From a virus (taxonomy: Duplodnaviria; Caudoviricetes), in IMG/VR virus record IMGVR_UViG_3300029171_000002, positions 1 through 64,000 of that record: DNA of 64,000 nt; one strand, 5' to 3'. This document shows positions 1 to 9,041 of this stretch, in pieces. The position numbers and the translations under genes are program-made. Position 1 is the stretch's first letter; every line of letters begins with the position of its first letter. The notes beneath the pieces were generated by a model. The model was not told the DNA's origin, did not search any database, and was given only the letters and a program-made list of their open reading frames with translations.

Positions 1-242
1 GGTGGATTCACCACTCCGTTATCATCACCACTAACTGTAGGCGGGGGCGCAACTTCTGGCTGCTGCTGGCTCGGAGGCTTCATCGGCCTGCCATCTTCGG
101 TCATGTTTCCGGTTAAGATCCGGCGTCCGGCTCCGGCAAACCCACCGGGAAGTTGATGGTCAATTGCTCGAACACCACCCTTAATCCCACTGCCGACACT
201 CGCCAGACCGTGCCCAATTCCTCGAAACATATCAGCGCCCAT
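1..242 (-). CDS. Partial ORF running off the left edge; Gly/Pro/Gln-rich, probable internal virion (ejection) protein
   Basis: Hand translation MGADMFRGIGHGLASVGSGIKGG...; AAGGAG RBS before ATG at 242; follows GNAT and pilot-like genes. Confidence 0.5.
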   Translation of the reverse strand, partial: MGADMFRGIGHGLASVGSGIKGGVRAIDHQLPGGFAGAGRRILTGNMTEDGRPMKPPSQQQPEVAPPPTVSGDDNGVVNP

Positions 243-250
243 AAGTCTCC

Positions 251-538
251 TTACGTTGGAAGGAATTCTCCCTGATCGTAATCCTTCAACTTCAAATAGA
301 CATGCCACTCGCAACCTTCAGGTGATTCTCCAATTTTGAAGTCAGTTCCCTTCTTGTGATAAAACGAAGCTGTGACGCTCCCATCAGCGTGAACATGGTG
401 CAGTCCGATACCACAAAAGTTGCCGCAGTTGCAGCGAATGACTGGCTTCAAGACCTGTCCGTCTTTAGTCTTAGGACAAAACCAACCGGGGTCATTTGGT
501 TCGTTATGAAAGTCTGTAATTTTTGGAATTTCTACCAT
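251..538 (-). CDS. Small Cys/His-rich hypothetical protein
   Basis: 95 aa, CNCGNFC and CEWH motifs, abuts upstream gene. Confidence 0.6.
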   Translation of the reverse strand: MVEIPKITDFHNEPNDPGWFCPKTKDGQVLKPVIRCNCGNFCGIGLHHVHADGSVTASFYHKKGTDFKIGESPEGCEWHVYLKLKDYDQGEFLPT

Positions 539-1129
539 TTACTGTCCCCACTTCGCCCTGAATTCTTCACGTTCGATATTGCAGACCAGAGCATCAACTC
601 TTTTGCCGTGATGGCAGGTAAAACCCGGCAGATTTGCCACATACTTCATGCCCAAACGTGTCGCAAACCGGCGTGCCAACCTGTTGCTCTTTGGCGTCAG
701 TCCCCAGAGGCTGTCAAGCGGTGGATAGCTGATCCCAAACTGCTCTGGAAAGAACCATTGAGCCACGCAAATCTTTCCGTAATGCAAGCTCCGCTTCGTG
801 TCCCACGCCTGCTTTAAGAAGCAGTAACTACCCGAGGCCTTTGTGTGCGTATCCGTAATCGCGATGTCACTCAGCCAGGCAATGCCATCGATTCGGTTCT
901 CTTCGACATTGGCAAATACAGAAGGCAGGGTGAACTTCTCGACGTAAGAGATAAAGTCATCCTTGCTGTTCTCTTTCTCGTGCAATACCTCACCCAAAGA
1001 CCCTTCGGCAACCAAGGCTTCATAAATATTACCCAACACCCCGGCAGGAAGTAGGTCCTTATTCAAGAAGTAAGGAATCACCACTTCTTTCACGCCAGCT
1101 TTTGTCTCTGCATCCAATGTGATGTTCAT
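539..1129 (-). CDS. GNAT-like acetyltransferase (putative)
   Basis: C-terminal GLTPKSNRLARRFATRLGMKY resembles the GNAT acetyl-CoA motif B; GNATs commonly sit beside ejection genes in podoviruses. Confidence 0.5.
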   Translation of the reverse strand: MNITLDAETKAGVKEVVIPYFLNKDLLPAGVLGNIYEALVAEGSLGEVLHEKENSKDDFISYVEKFTLPSVFANVEENRIDGIAWLSDIAITDTHTKASGSYCFLKQAWDTKRSLHYGKICVAQWFFPEQFGISYPPLDSLWGLTPKSNRLARRFATRLGMKYVANLPGFTCHHGKRVDALVCNIEREEFRAKWGQ

Positions 1130-1950
1130 GCCGTTCTTGCCAATCTCTTCGGTTCTGCCAGTTCGGTGGCAATGAATTTCTTGAGGTCGTCGATCTGTTG
1201 CTGTTGCGCCTTTACAGACCCGATTAAATAGGCCAGCACCGAAGGAACGTCCAAAAACAGGCCATTCCTGAACGGAGGATGCGTGTCCTCGACGATCACA
1301 CCGTAATGCCTTTGACCGTCGTCCATGCCGTTGTTGTACCTGAATCCGACAAGGGTTTGCTCCAAGATCACCTGCAGGGCATAGTCATAGTCCTTGAACT
1401 CCGTGATGTCTTTCTTAAACGTGCGACTGCACATCGCGGCCTTGCCTGCGATACTGGCAACCCCTTTAACGCCTTCCATTGCCGCTTGCCGCTGTCGCTC
1501 AGCCAAAGCACCGTAAGACTGTCCAGTGTTCAGATACCCGCCCGCACTCGACAATGCTCCACCCAACCCTGCCTGGGTGCCAAACACGCCAAGATTTGCA
1601 AGCTGCCCGATACTCTCGTTCACTCGATCGGCAAACAGACGGCTCACATCTCCGGCTTCACCCATCGCCAATTGACGCTGCCCAGCCTGTACGGCACCAC
1701 CTCTGGGAGCCTGCCGTTCCAGTTGCTCTCGGGCATTCCGATACTGAGTCCGGATCGCCGAAGTCTGAGGCCCCAAGGTCTGCTGCGCTCCGGCTCCGCC
1801 CTTACTCACCGCAGTCCAATACTCTCCGGCTGTGCCGCGGTACTGCTTTCCCTCGTTCAAGAGATCCTGGCTCTGGGCATTCGTCAGCCCATAAGCACTG
1901 CTGGCCTGGTTGTAAGCATTCTGTTCGTTGGTTCTATTTTGCTTCCCCAT
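1126..1950 (-). CDS. Gly/Ala/Gln-rich pilot/ejection-like protein with C-terminal peptidase S74-type intramolecular chaperone
   Basis: CSRTFKKDITEF (S..R..K.DI pattern), GFRYN, HYGVIVED, then coiled coil LIGSVKAQQQQIDDLKK. Confidence 0.6.
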   Translation of the reverse strand: MGKQNRTNEQNAYNQASSAYGLTNAQSQDLLNEGKQYRGTAGEYWTAVSKGGAGAQQTLGPQTSAIRTQYRNAREQLERQAPRGGAVQAGQRQLAMGEAGDVSRLFADRVNESIGQLANLGVFGTQAGLGGALSSAGGYLNTGQSYGALAERQRQAAMEGVKGVASIAGKAAMCSRTFKKDITEFKDYDYALQVILEQTLVGFRYNNGMDDGQRHYGVIVEDTHPPFRNGLFLDVPSVLAYLIGSVKAQQQQIDDLKKFIATELAEPKRLARTA

Positions 1951-2674
1951 CGGTCACCGCCTTTCGATAAGACTCGTATTCCCTCAACCACGTCTCGGAC
2001 ATTGCCATGTCTTCGCAACCCGGAAGATTCGGAGTGCCCAAAGTAAAATGCGCTAGCTTGATTTCAGTCGTTGCTGGAATTGCTGGACTCACTCCCACTA
2101 GGTAATTCCACGTCAATGGCAACTCTCCAATCTCATCATCGGCCAGCCACTGAAACGCATGCAGGTTTCGTCCCGGCCAAGTGTTCAGATCAACCAAGGT
2201 CAAAGCCTGGTTCGAGGGATGCCCGCAATTCCACAACACCACCGAACTCCAGTTCTTGCGGGAATAATAGGTTTGAGCCTGGCCATCCATCTTTACCGGG
2301 GAACCATGCCCCTGACTGTGTTTCACGACCATGACAGCGTACTGATCGTCAGCGAGGTCGAACAACTCCTTGATATCTCTCAGCATGACGACGTCGCTGT
2401 CACAGAATAATGCCCATCCTTCGCGTTGCAGAAACGGCACACAGAACCTGGAGATAGCAAACTCGGTACTCATTGGAGCCTCAGAGATTGGGCACCACAT
2501 TTGACCGTTCTGTTTCTCGACGGGTCGAGTCAGAATCCCGTGCTTTGACAGTTTTGACAGCTTCAGCGGTTGCACCTGCACAGGTACAGATGCCCGAGTC
2601 TCAATCGAGTGCTTGGCAACGTAATAAGCGTCTCGCTGTCTCGAATCAAATCCGATGAATACTTGCAGTGTCAT
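1934..2674 (-). CDS. GT-A glycosyltransferase, GT8-like phage family
   Basis: VFIGFDSRQ start, STEFAISRF, DSD (DxD), NWSSVVLWNC, WNYLVG, HFTLGTP. Confidence 0.8.
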   Translation of the reverse strand: MTLQVFIGFDSRQRDAYYVAKHSIETRASVPVQVQPLKLSKLSKHGILTRPVEKQNGQMWCPISEAPMSTEFAISRFCVPFLQREGWALFCDSDVVMLRDIKELFDLADDQYAVMVVKHSQGHGSPVKMDGQAQTYYSRKNWSSVVLWNCGHPSNQALTLVDLNTWPGRNLHAFQWLADDEIGELPLTWNYLVGVSPAIPATTEIKLAHFTLGTPNLPGCEDMAMSETWLREYESYRKAVTDGEAK

Positions 2675-5385
2675 CCTCGCCTCACATCGTAAAGTAGAAC
2701 ATCCCTAGTGCCTTCACATGGCTCAACGCCGTGGAAGCTGTTATCTGTTTTCAGAAAAGCAAAGCAACTATTCGGTTTGAACGGCATGGTCTTGAAGATA
2801 TCAAAATGCTTTTTGTTGTGGTGCGGGCCACCCTCGCAGGTAACCCCTGCTTTCTTTGGCGTATAAATGCTAGTTCCGGCTCCAATCAAAGACTCATCAG
2901 CAGGCAGGTAAAACAACACCGTGATCACCTTTGCCTTGGAATCAGTATGAGGTCCAATGCTGTAACCAGCTTTGTCCCGGATCAGTAAGACTTCATCGGT
3001 CAAACCTTGCTGGTCTACCCCGAACCGATCACACAACTTCTTCTTCAACCTGCCGGCCACGAGATCCCGGTAAACATCTTTCCAGACCAATGCTTCAGGG
3101 ACGGCCGTGAACCGCTTTGGATATCCCTTGGTGCCCCTGCTCTTCGCAATCTCAACGTAGTTCTCGGGCATGTGCTCCCGCATCTTTTGGTAGATCTCAG
3201 ATGGGAAAACGTTCTCGATGTAGATGTAAGGGAAAGGCTCAGTCAATACCTCTGCTTGGCTGAATTTCTCCACAACGTGCCGCTCGATTTCTGAAGGCTC
3301 TGGCTTGCGGAACAGATACTCGGCCACACCTTTGAAGTGACCGTCTTTGCGTTTTGCGGCATCTACTTGGCTCTGCTCGTATTCGAATCCGATACTTTTC
3401 AAGTAGTCTACCATCTCCATGTGTTCTTTGGAGTTAGTATTTACCTCAACCAGTAGGCTTTTGACGCCATTTGACAGAACTTTCGTGGCACCCCTTACGA
3501 CTTTTGGTTCAAAACCGTCGACATCGATCTTGATGTGGTCCGGGCTCGGCAGGCCATTCTCAACCAAGCGATCGAGTTCTACGCCGTAACACCCTTGTTT
3601 CTTTTCGCCACCGTACTCGAACCCCAGTCCATTCCCCGTGCTGAAACTGTGGCAGCTGCCACCGACGCCCTGCTGAGACAGCCTGAGGGTCCCGCAGGCC
3701 TGCTTGTCGCTCAACGCCATGCAATACGCATGCGGGTGAATCCCATTCAGAGCCATGTTCTTTACCAGCAACGAGTAGTTGTCTGCCTCAGGCTCGAAGG
3801 CAAAGACCACGACTCCCCTCGTGCCAGCCATAACGGTGTAACCACCGATGTTTGCTCCCACGTCAAAGAGCGTCTCGCCTTTAGCCATTCCCTGAATCCA
3901 TTCCGTCGTCACCGGCTCTTTCTTCAGCAGTGTAGAAGCCCGCCATTTGGTCGCATCATTTGGCGTGTAGAACTTCATGGTGTGACTGTCGGTCTTGACT
4001 TCGAAAATATTCACGGACCCAGCAACGACTGGAGTCGCTTCTTTCTTAGGGCCGACTATGATGTGAAGGTGCTCATCTTTCTCATTGATAGTCCCTACAG
4101 TGAAGCACTTCTCAAGATTCTTCTTCCACCACGCCTCGTCATGTTGAAGCAGGTGAGTGTTTCGGCCGTCAGCATATTTTTTCTTCGCCGCCCCTGTATG
4201 GATCACGAAGTATCCAATCTCTTTAACGCAGCGACGTAAGTCAGCCAATACTAGCGGCAACTTTTCTGGTTCAATATGTTCCAAGACATCGGTCGCGACA
4301 ACCAAGTCTGCTGGCTTCGGCAACTCTTCTTTCCCTGGAATTGCTGGATCATACTCGGCAATCGGATAAGGCAACGACTTGGCCAGCATCCCCTTACCGC
4401 AACCATAATCGAGGACACTTACCATGGGTTTCTTTGCGCTCACCACTAGGCTCTGCACAAGCTTTTGCACCATGTCGGTGTACTTACTGCCGCTCATCCC
4501 ATACGCTGGATTCTCACGATGTAGTCTGGCATTCAATTCTTTTGCTTCGGGGCTAATCAGTTCCGGATTCTTGAATGCGATTGTCGGTGTCCCTTGCTTT
4601 ACATGATTTGGCGTGTATTTCCTGGCCATGGCTTGAACTAAGCCTTCACCGTAAAACGTGACATTCACGTCAGGCATTTGGTCGAGCTCGTGGAAGGTTC
4701 CGCGTGCGCACTCAAGCATCGACTCCGTGGTCTCATAGGTCTTGCCATCGTACTCACAGATCTGGCTCTGCTTTGGTTGGTTCGGGTGAGCCGATGCGTG
4801 CTTGCCATGGATCTTAGAACTGCTCCCATCCATACCAAACACATGAAGATCGGTAAAACCAAGGAACCTGGCGATCGTAAGTGCCCGCAGTCCCACACTG
4901 CATCCACCAAACAATGCCCACTCGCCGGCCGGAAGAGTTCTCAGCGCATCCTCTTCGGCATCAAACACGTGCCACAGCTTGATGTTGCCGCCAGCATTCT
5001 GAATATGAGCGACGTACAAGGGGTGACACGTCGAAGCAATCAGGTATTCACAGTCTGACTGTGGATCCCCAAGCAATTCAATCTTATGCTTTCGTGGATC
5101 CACTTCGAGGTGATAGGTAGGCCTGATGCCTTTACTCAGCAGGAATTTGTGACTACCGCTACAGGTAAAGACATGCTTGAACTTTCGGATCTCTTCGTAA
5201 GTGTCATTCAGCGAAGGCCCGAAGCATACGACTGCGGCAGGTTCATCGCGCAATTCATAGTGCGGCTCGATCCTGCCTTTGACGGCCTTGATGTTCAAAG
5301 CAATCTGAACATCCCGGAGATCCTTCGGAATACAGTAAGAAACGGTTTGAGGCTTGGTTACATCCAACACTTTTTGCATGATCAT
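2671..5385 (-). CDS. Four-domain enzyme: DUF115/Maf-like + class I SAM methyltransferase + FkbM methyltransferase + 2OG-Fe(II) oxygenase
   Basis: VCFGPSL...GGCSVGLRA...FGMD; LDYGCGKG...TDVLEHI; FDVGANIG...FEPE...IKIDVDGFE; PHTD...FHGV...R. Confidence 0.85.
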   Translation of the reverse strand: MIMQKVLDVTKPQTVSYCIPKDLRDVQIALNIKAVKGRIEPHYELRDEPAAVVCFGPSLNDTYEEIRKFKHVFTCSGSHKFLLSKGIRPTYHLEVDPRKHKIELLGDPQSDCEYLIASTCHPLYVAHIQNAGGNIKLWHVFDAEEDALRTLPAGEWALFGGCSVGLRALTIARFLGFTDLHVFGMDGSSSKIHGKHASAHPNQPKQSQICEYDGKTYETTESMLECARGTFHELDQMPDVNVTFYGEGLVQAMARKYTPNHVKQGTPTIAFKNPELISPEAKELNARLHRENPAYGMSGSKYTDMVQKLVQSLVVSAKKPMVSVLDYGCGKGMLAKSLPYPIAEYDPAIPGKEELPKPADLVVATDVLEHIEPEKLPLVLADLRRCVKEIGYFVIHTGAAKKKYADGRNTHLLQHDEAWWKKNLEKCFTVGTINEKDEHLHIIVGPKKEATPVVAGSVNIFEVKTDSHTMKFYTPNDATKWRASTLLKKEPVTTEWIQGMAKGETLFDVGANIGGYTVMAGTRGVVVFAFEPEADNYSLLVKNMALNGIHPHAYCMALSDKQACGTLRLSQQGVGGSCHSFSTGNGLGFEYGGEKKQGCYGVELDRLVENGLPSPDHIKIDVDGFEPKVVRGATKVLSNGVKSLLVEVNTNSKEHMEMVDYLKSIGFEYEQSQVDAAKRKDGHFKGVAEYLFRKPEPSEIERHVVEKFSQAEVLTEPFPYIYIENVFPSEIYQKMREHMPENYVEIAKSRGTKGYPKRFTAVPEALVWKDVYRDLVAGRLKKKLCDRFGVDQQGLTDEVLLIRDKAGYSIGPHTDSKAKVITVLFYLPADESLIGAGTSIYTPKKAGVTCEGGPHHNKKHFDIFKTMPFKPNSCFAFLKTDNSFHGVEPCEGTRDVLLYDVRRG

Positions 5386-6065
5386 CCCAAAAGGTTACTC
5401 AATTCAAAACTATTGCGTCCCTGCGCTGCGGTTATGCCACCACCGCCCCCGCCTCCGGCAGCTTTCACTGCCGTGGCGATCATGGCAATATCAATTGCTG
5501 ATGTCGTGGTCCAGCTCGCGACCGTGCTGGCACCTGTCGCTGACTCATGCGAACCCCGGAGCCGAATATCGAAGTTGCCGTTTGTCGAGAACGTATCCTC
5601 AGTTTGTCCACCACCAGGGGTCGGGCTTTGCCCACCTGCTGTATACGCCCAGTCGTCTATGACGATATCGCCACTGGCACTGTCAATAACGGTCACGCTC
5701 GGCGTGCTGGTGTTTATTGCCGACGTATAAGACGTTCCCAGAGGGGTTGTGGTGTCTCCTCCTGTAAACGATATCGACCTTGCTGCAGCGACGACGCTTG
5801 AATTTGGAGTGATTGTAATAACATGAGCCCCCACAGTGGGGGAAATTAATCTGAAAATCTCAACTTTTGCAGCCGAACCATTTTCGATTGAGCCATGAGA
5901 CGTCATGCTGCCGTCGACGCTCGAAGACGCCGTGATGGTGACCCCGGCAGGAACCGTTACCGCGACACGAAGGAGAGTGCACGATGCCGCGCATGTGTGG
6001 TTTATGGTAAAGCTAGCACCGGAATCCTGAGACCCTATATTTGTCGCGTCAATCGCAAGAGCCAC
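5382..6065 (-). CDS. Thr/Ser/Gly-rich beta-sandwich virion protein, paralog of 17520..18200
   Basis: Shares GGDTTTPLGT and GQTEDTFS.NGNFDIRLRGSHE with the paralog. Confidence 0.65.
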   Translation of the reverse strand: MALAIDATNIGSQDSGASFTINHTCAASCTLLRVAVTVPAGVTITASSSVDGSMTSHGSIENGSAAKVEIFRLISPTVGAHVITITPNSSVVAAARSISFTGGDTTTPLGTSYTSAINTSTPSVTVIDSASGDIVIDDWAYTAGGQSPTPGGGQTEDTFSTNGNFDIRLRGSHESATGASTVASWTTTSAIDIAMIATAVKAAGGGGGGGITAAQGRNSFELSNLLG

Positions 6066-6074
6066 AACTGATCC

Positions 6075-8378
6075 TCACACAATCCTGAACACCTGCATGT
6101 ACGAACCCCTCTCAATCGTAATAGCTGAAGCCCCACCAGCCCCACCGGCCTGCAATTGCAAGGTGCCTGTTGCACTCACGACGAAGACGCCGTCATAAGT
6201 CACAAACGTACTCACGTTGCCGGCTGAAATTGTAGACATGATGATTGAACCCGACGCGCTATCCCCTTCCCACAAAGCACGAGCACCCACAACCGAGAGA
6301 GTTGGCAAGCCGCCCTGAACCGTTGAGGTCGCGGCAAAGATTAGGCCCCGAGTTCTTGCCATAGCGGGGAATGTGAGACCATATCTCGGTGTCCCGCCAG
6401 CAGCGCCCTTCAGAATGAACAAGAACGCCTGAAGTTGATAGACTCCTCCAGCGACAAGGCTCACGCTGAATCCGGAAATATTTGTCAGAGCCGAAGCGGA
6501 GATCGTTTGATTACCCGATAGCACTTTGGTTTGGCCCGCAATGGCGACGCTCAGAACCGAGACGGCTTGTGAGAGAACAGAGACTTGCGCACTTAGAGCA
6601 GAAACTGCTTGTGAGATCACCGAAACTGCCTGAGACAGAACGGAAACGGCTTGCGAAAGCACGGAGATCTGATTGCCAAAGTTTGCCGAAATGAAGTTAC
6701 TCAGGGCGTTATCGGCACTGGTCCTATTGGCAATCTCAACAGAAAGCGCGTTGGAAATGGCGTTGTCTGCTGAGGTCATCTGTGCCGAATTCACAGAGAT
6801 GGCCGCAGAGTTTGCGCTGATGCGATTCTTCACACTCACCAAGTCGACACTGAGAGCTTGTGCCTGTGCCGAAACCACCGAAACCGCATTGCTGATGGCA
6901 TCGTCAGCACTTGTCATTTGTGCTGAGTTCGTTGTCACCTGCCCGCTTAAAGCGGACAAGCGCGTGCTAATTGCCGAAGCATTAACACTCAAAGCCGCAA
7001 CAGCTGCGGATATAGCGTTATCGGCCGAAGTCATCTGGGCGGAGTTCGTGGCAATGGCTGCGCTCAACACGTTATCGGCACTTACCCGGTTAGCTGCCTC
7101 TACCGAAACTGCGTCTACGACTTCGGCGCTAGTGACACTGCCTGCCCCTCCCGTACCAGAGTTTGCCGACACCCGGTTGGAGAGCACGTTGTGTGCGCTC
7201 GTCAAGGCGCTGATCAGATTCGAAACCGTATCGATCCTTACCGAAAGAGCACTGGCAACGGTAGAGACGATAACCGAAAGGGCGCTAACTGCATTGGAGA
7301 GCACGTTATCGGCACTGATGCGATTGGCAGTTTCCACACTGACCGCGTCCACTACCTCTGCAGAAGTGACACTACCGCCCCCCCCTGTCCCTGAGTTCGC
7401 GCTCACCCTATTCACAAGGGAGAGATGTGCAGCACTGAGGACTGAGACTGCGTTAGAGATTGCGTTATCCGCGCTCGTCATCTGAGCGGAGTTACTGGAA
7501 ACCTGTGATGATAGTGCCGACAATCTTGAGCTGATAGCACTCACGTCCAGGCTGAGTGCGGCCACAGCAGCAGACACCGCATCATCTGCCGAAGTCATTT
7601 GCGCGCTGTTACTGCTAACCTGTGCGCTCAAAGCAGATAAGCGCGAGCTTATAGCTGAAACGTTTAGCGAGATTCGGCCGAGTTCCGAAACCACGGAAAG
7701 ATGGTTGGCTGAAGTTACACTTGCGGTTCCACCGGTGCTGGAATTCGCAGAAACTCTGTTTACGAGTGACAGATGTGCCGCACTGAGAGTGGAGAGCGAT
7801 TGAGAAACGATGCTCACCGCATTACTGATCACGTTATCGGCGCTGATTCTGGCAGCCGTCTCAACACTTAATGCCTGAGAAACCACGCTCACTGCGTTTG
7901 AAATCGCATTATCGGCACTCGTAACTTGAGCGGAAAGAGTAGAAACACTAGAGGAGAGAACCGATAAGGCGTTACTTAGTGCGTTGACTGCCGAGATTCT
8001 ATTAGCAGTTTCTACACTCACGGCATCGACCACTTCAGCACTAGTCACGCTGCCGCTACCACCGGTTCCTGAATTGGCGCTGACTCGATTCACGAGCGAT
8101 AGGTGCGCGGCACTGAGGACGCTTACGGCATTGCTGATAGCATCATTGGCAGAGGTCATCTGCGCGGAATTGGTATTGACCCGCGCCGAAAGCACACTCA
8201 CCGTGTTGGAAACAACGCTGACTGCGTTGGCCAACACTACATCCACAGAGGCTCTGGCAGCTATTTCCACAGAAAGGGCATTCGACAAAACGGAGAACTG
8301 TGCAGAAGTAGGCTGCGCACTGAGCGCAACCTCAATTTCCACTCCCAACAGTCTTCCGTGTTCGTCGTAAACCCTCAT
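6075..8378 (-). CDS. Long Ser/Ala/Val/Asn-rich coiled-coil fibre protein with C-terminal globular tip
   Basis: 767 aa, repeated NSAQMTSADNAIS and NRVSANSGTGG modules; normal composition only in the last ~160 aa. Confidence 0.7.
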   Translation of the reverse strand: MRVYDEHGRLLGVEIEVALSAQPTSAQFSVLSNALSVEIAARASVDVVLANAVSVVSNTVSVLSARVNTNSAQMTSANDAISNAVSVLSAAHLSLVNRVSANSGTGGSGSVTSAEVVDAVSVETANRISAVNALSNALSVLSSSVSTLSAQVTSADNAISNAVSVVSQALSVETAARISADNVISNAVSIVSQSLSTLSAAHLSLVNRVSANSSTGGTASVTSANHLSVVSELGRISLNVSAISSRLSALSAQVSSNSAQMTSADDAVSAAVAALSLDVSAISSRLSALSSQVSSNSAQMTSADNAISNAVSVLSAAHLSLVNRVSANSGTGGGGSVTSAEVVDAVSVETANRISADNVLSNAVSALSVIVSTVASALSVRIDTVSNLISALTSAHNVLSNRVSANSGTGGAGSVTSAEVVDAVSVEAANRVSADNVLSAAIATNSAQMTSADNAISAAVAALSVNASAISTRLSALSGQVTTNSAQMTSADDAISNAVSVVSAQAQALSVDLVSVKNRISANSAAISVNSAQMTSADNAISNALSVEIANRTSADNALSNFISANFGNQISVLSQAVSVLSQAVSVISQAVSALSAQVSVLSQAVSVLSVAIAGQTKVLSGNQTISASALTNISGFSVSLVAGGVYQLQAFLFILKGAAGGTPRYGLTFPAMARTRGLIFAATSTVQGGLPTLSVVGARALWEGDSASGSIIMSTISAGNVSTFVTYDGVFVVSATGTLQLQAGGAGGASAITIERGSYMQVFRIV
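7130..8120 (-). repeat. Four coding copies of SAAHLSLVNRVSANS(G/S)TGGxxSVTSA within the fibre gene
   Basis: Copies centred near 7160, 7395, 7745 and 8075; peptide conserved, codons diverged. Confidence 0.75.
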
Positions 8379-8698
8379 GTCAACTCCCTACCATCGATAA
8401 TGAAATCGACCCCTAGCGTGTCGGCACTGCCCCTGATCTCATCCAAGCTGCTCATCTGGAACTGCTCATCACCAAAATCAATCCTGTAGCCTGGAGGCAA
8501 CTGGAAATCTTCCGGAACCAATCTCCGTGCGGTACGGTTTGGCTTCTTCTTGAATAGGTTCAGTGTTCGCGTTGCCACGGTTGTGTTGATGAACACCATG
8601 TTATCGACGGAGGTAGATGCCCCCGAAGGACACTTGTAGAGCACACCATCACTGGTTTGCAACTCTCCGTCTGCTAAGCTTTTGATTGCTGATGGCAT
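8375..8698 (-). CDS. Small virion-region protein
   Basis: 107 aa, ATGA overlap with the fibre gene. Confidence 0.6.
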   Translation of the reverse strand: MPSAIKSLADGELQTSDGVLYKCPSGASTSVDNMVFINTTVATRTLNLFKKKPNRTARRLVPEDFQLPPGYRIDFGDEQFQMSSLDEIRGSADTLGVDFIIDGRELT

Positions 8699-8700
8699 AA

Positions 8701-8943
8701 TTATGGCGTCAGTTCGGAAATAGCTTTGTCCACGTAAGATTTTGTAGCTGCTTCTTGAGGGTCAACAGGATCTCTCACATTGATCAGCCTGTGATTATTC
8801 AGATTGATATCGTCTGCATGCGAAGTGCTGCCCCTCTTGCCTTCCAATGCGTCCAGCCGATCCCAAATCCGGCGCAATGCGAAGTTCAACATGTCCCAAT
8901 CTTCTTTCCTTATCTGGTAATACTCTGCGGTTGCGTTTGGCAT
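8701..8943 (-). CDS. Small trimeric fibre/needle-like protein
   Basis: NLNNHRLINVRDPVDPQEAATKSYVD matches the fibre stalk motif N..I.NV.DP...DAATK.YVD. Confidence 0.55.
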   Translation of the reverse strand: MPNATAEYYQIRKEDWDMLNFALRRIWDRLDALEGKRGSTSHADDINLNNHRLINVRDPVDPQEAATKSYVDKAISELTP

Positions 8944-8961
8944 ACCTGCTCACCAAGATCA

Positions 8962-9011
8962 TGCTAAAATAACGAAACCTCGCCAGCGTTCTAAGCGCCG
9001 AGCGAGGTTTC
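8962..9011 (+). promoter_or_regulatory. Extended -10 (TGCTAAAAT) followed by a 10-bp hairpin upstream of the antisense HNH gene
   Basis: TGCTAAAAT 8962-8970; GAAACCTCGC 8974-8983 pairs with GCGAGGTTTC 9002-9011. Confidence 0.5.
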
Positions 9012-9041
9012 TAGACACATCGACCTATCATGGAGGCCGCC

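Noticed and set aside
1-242. GIKGG and VRAI in the edge ORF, and RCAIRS in 45704..46081, as more copies of the tag
   Set aside because: Partial or internal matches in Gly- or Arg-rich context could be chance; not counted
2671-3300. 2OG oxygenase plus GT as a TET/JBP-type DNA hypermodification system
   Set aside because: Not excluded, but the domain looks prolyl-hydroxylase-like and sits among virion genes with no nucleotide-metabolism partners
6075-8378. Repeats as a CRISPR array or tandem DNA repeat
   Set aside because: They are in-frame, unevenly spaced and diverged at synonymous sites, so they are protein repeats
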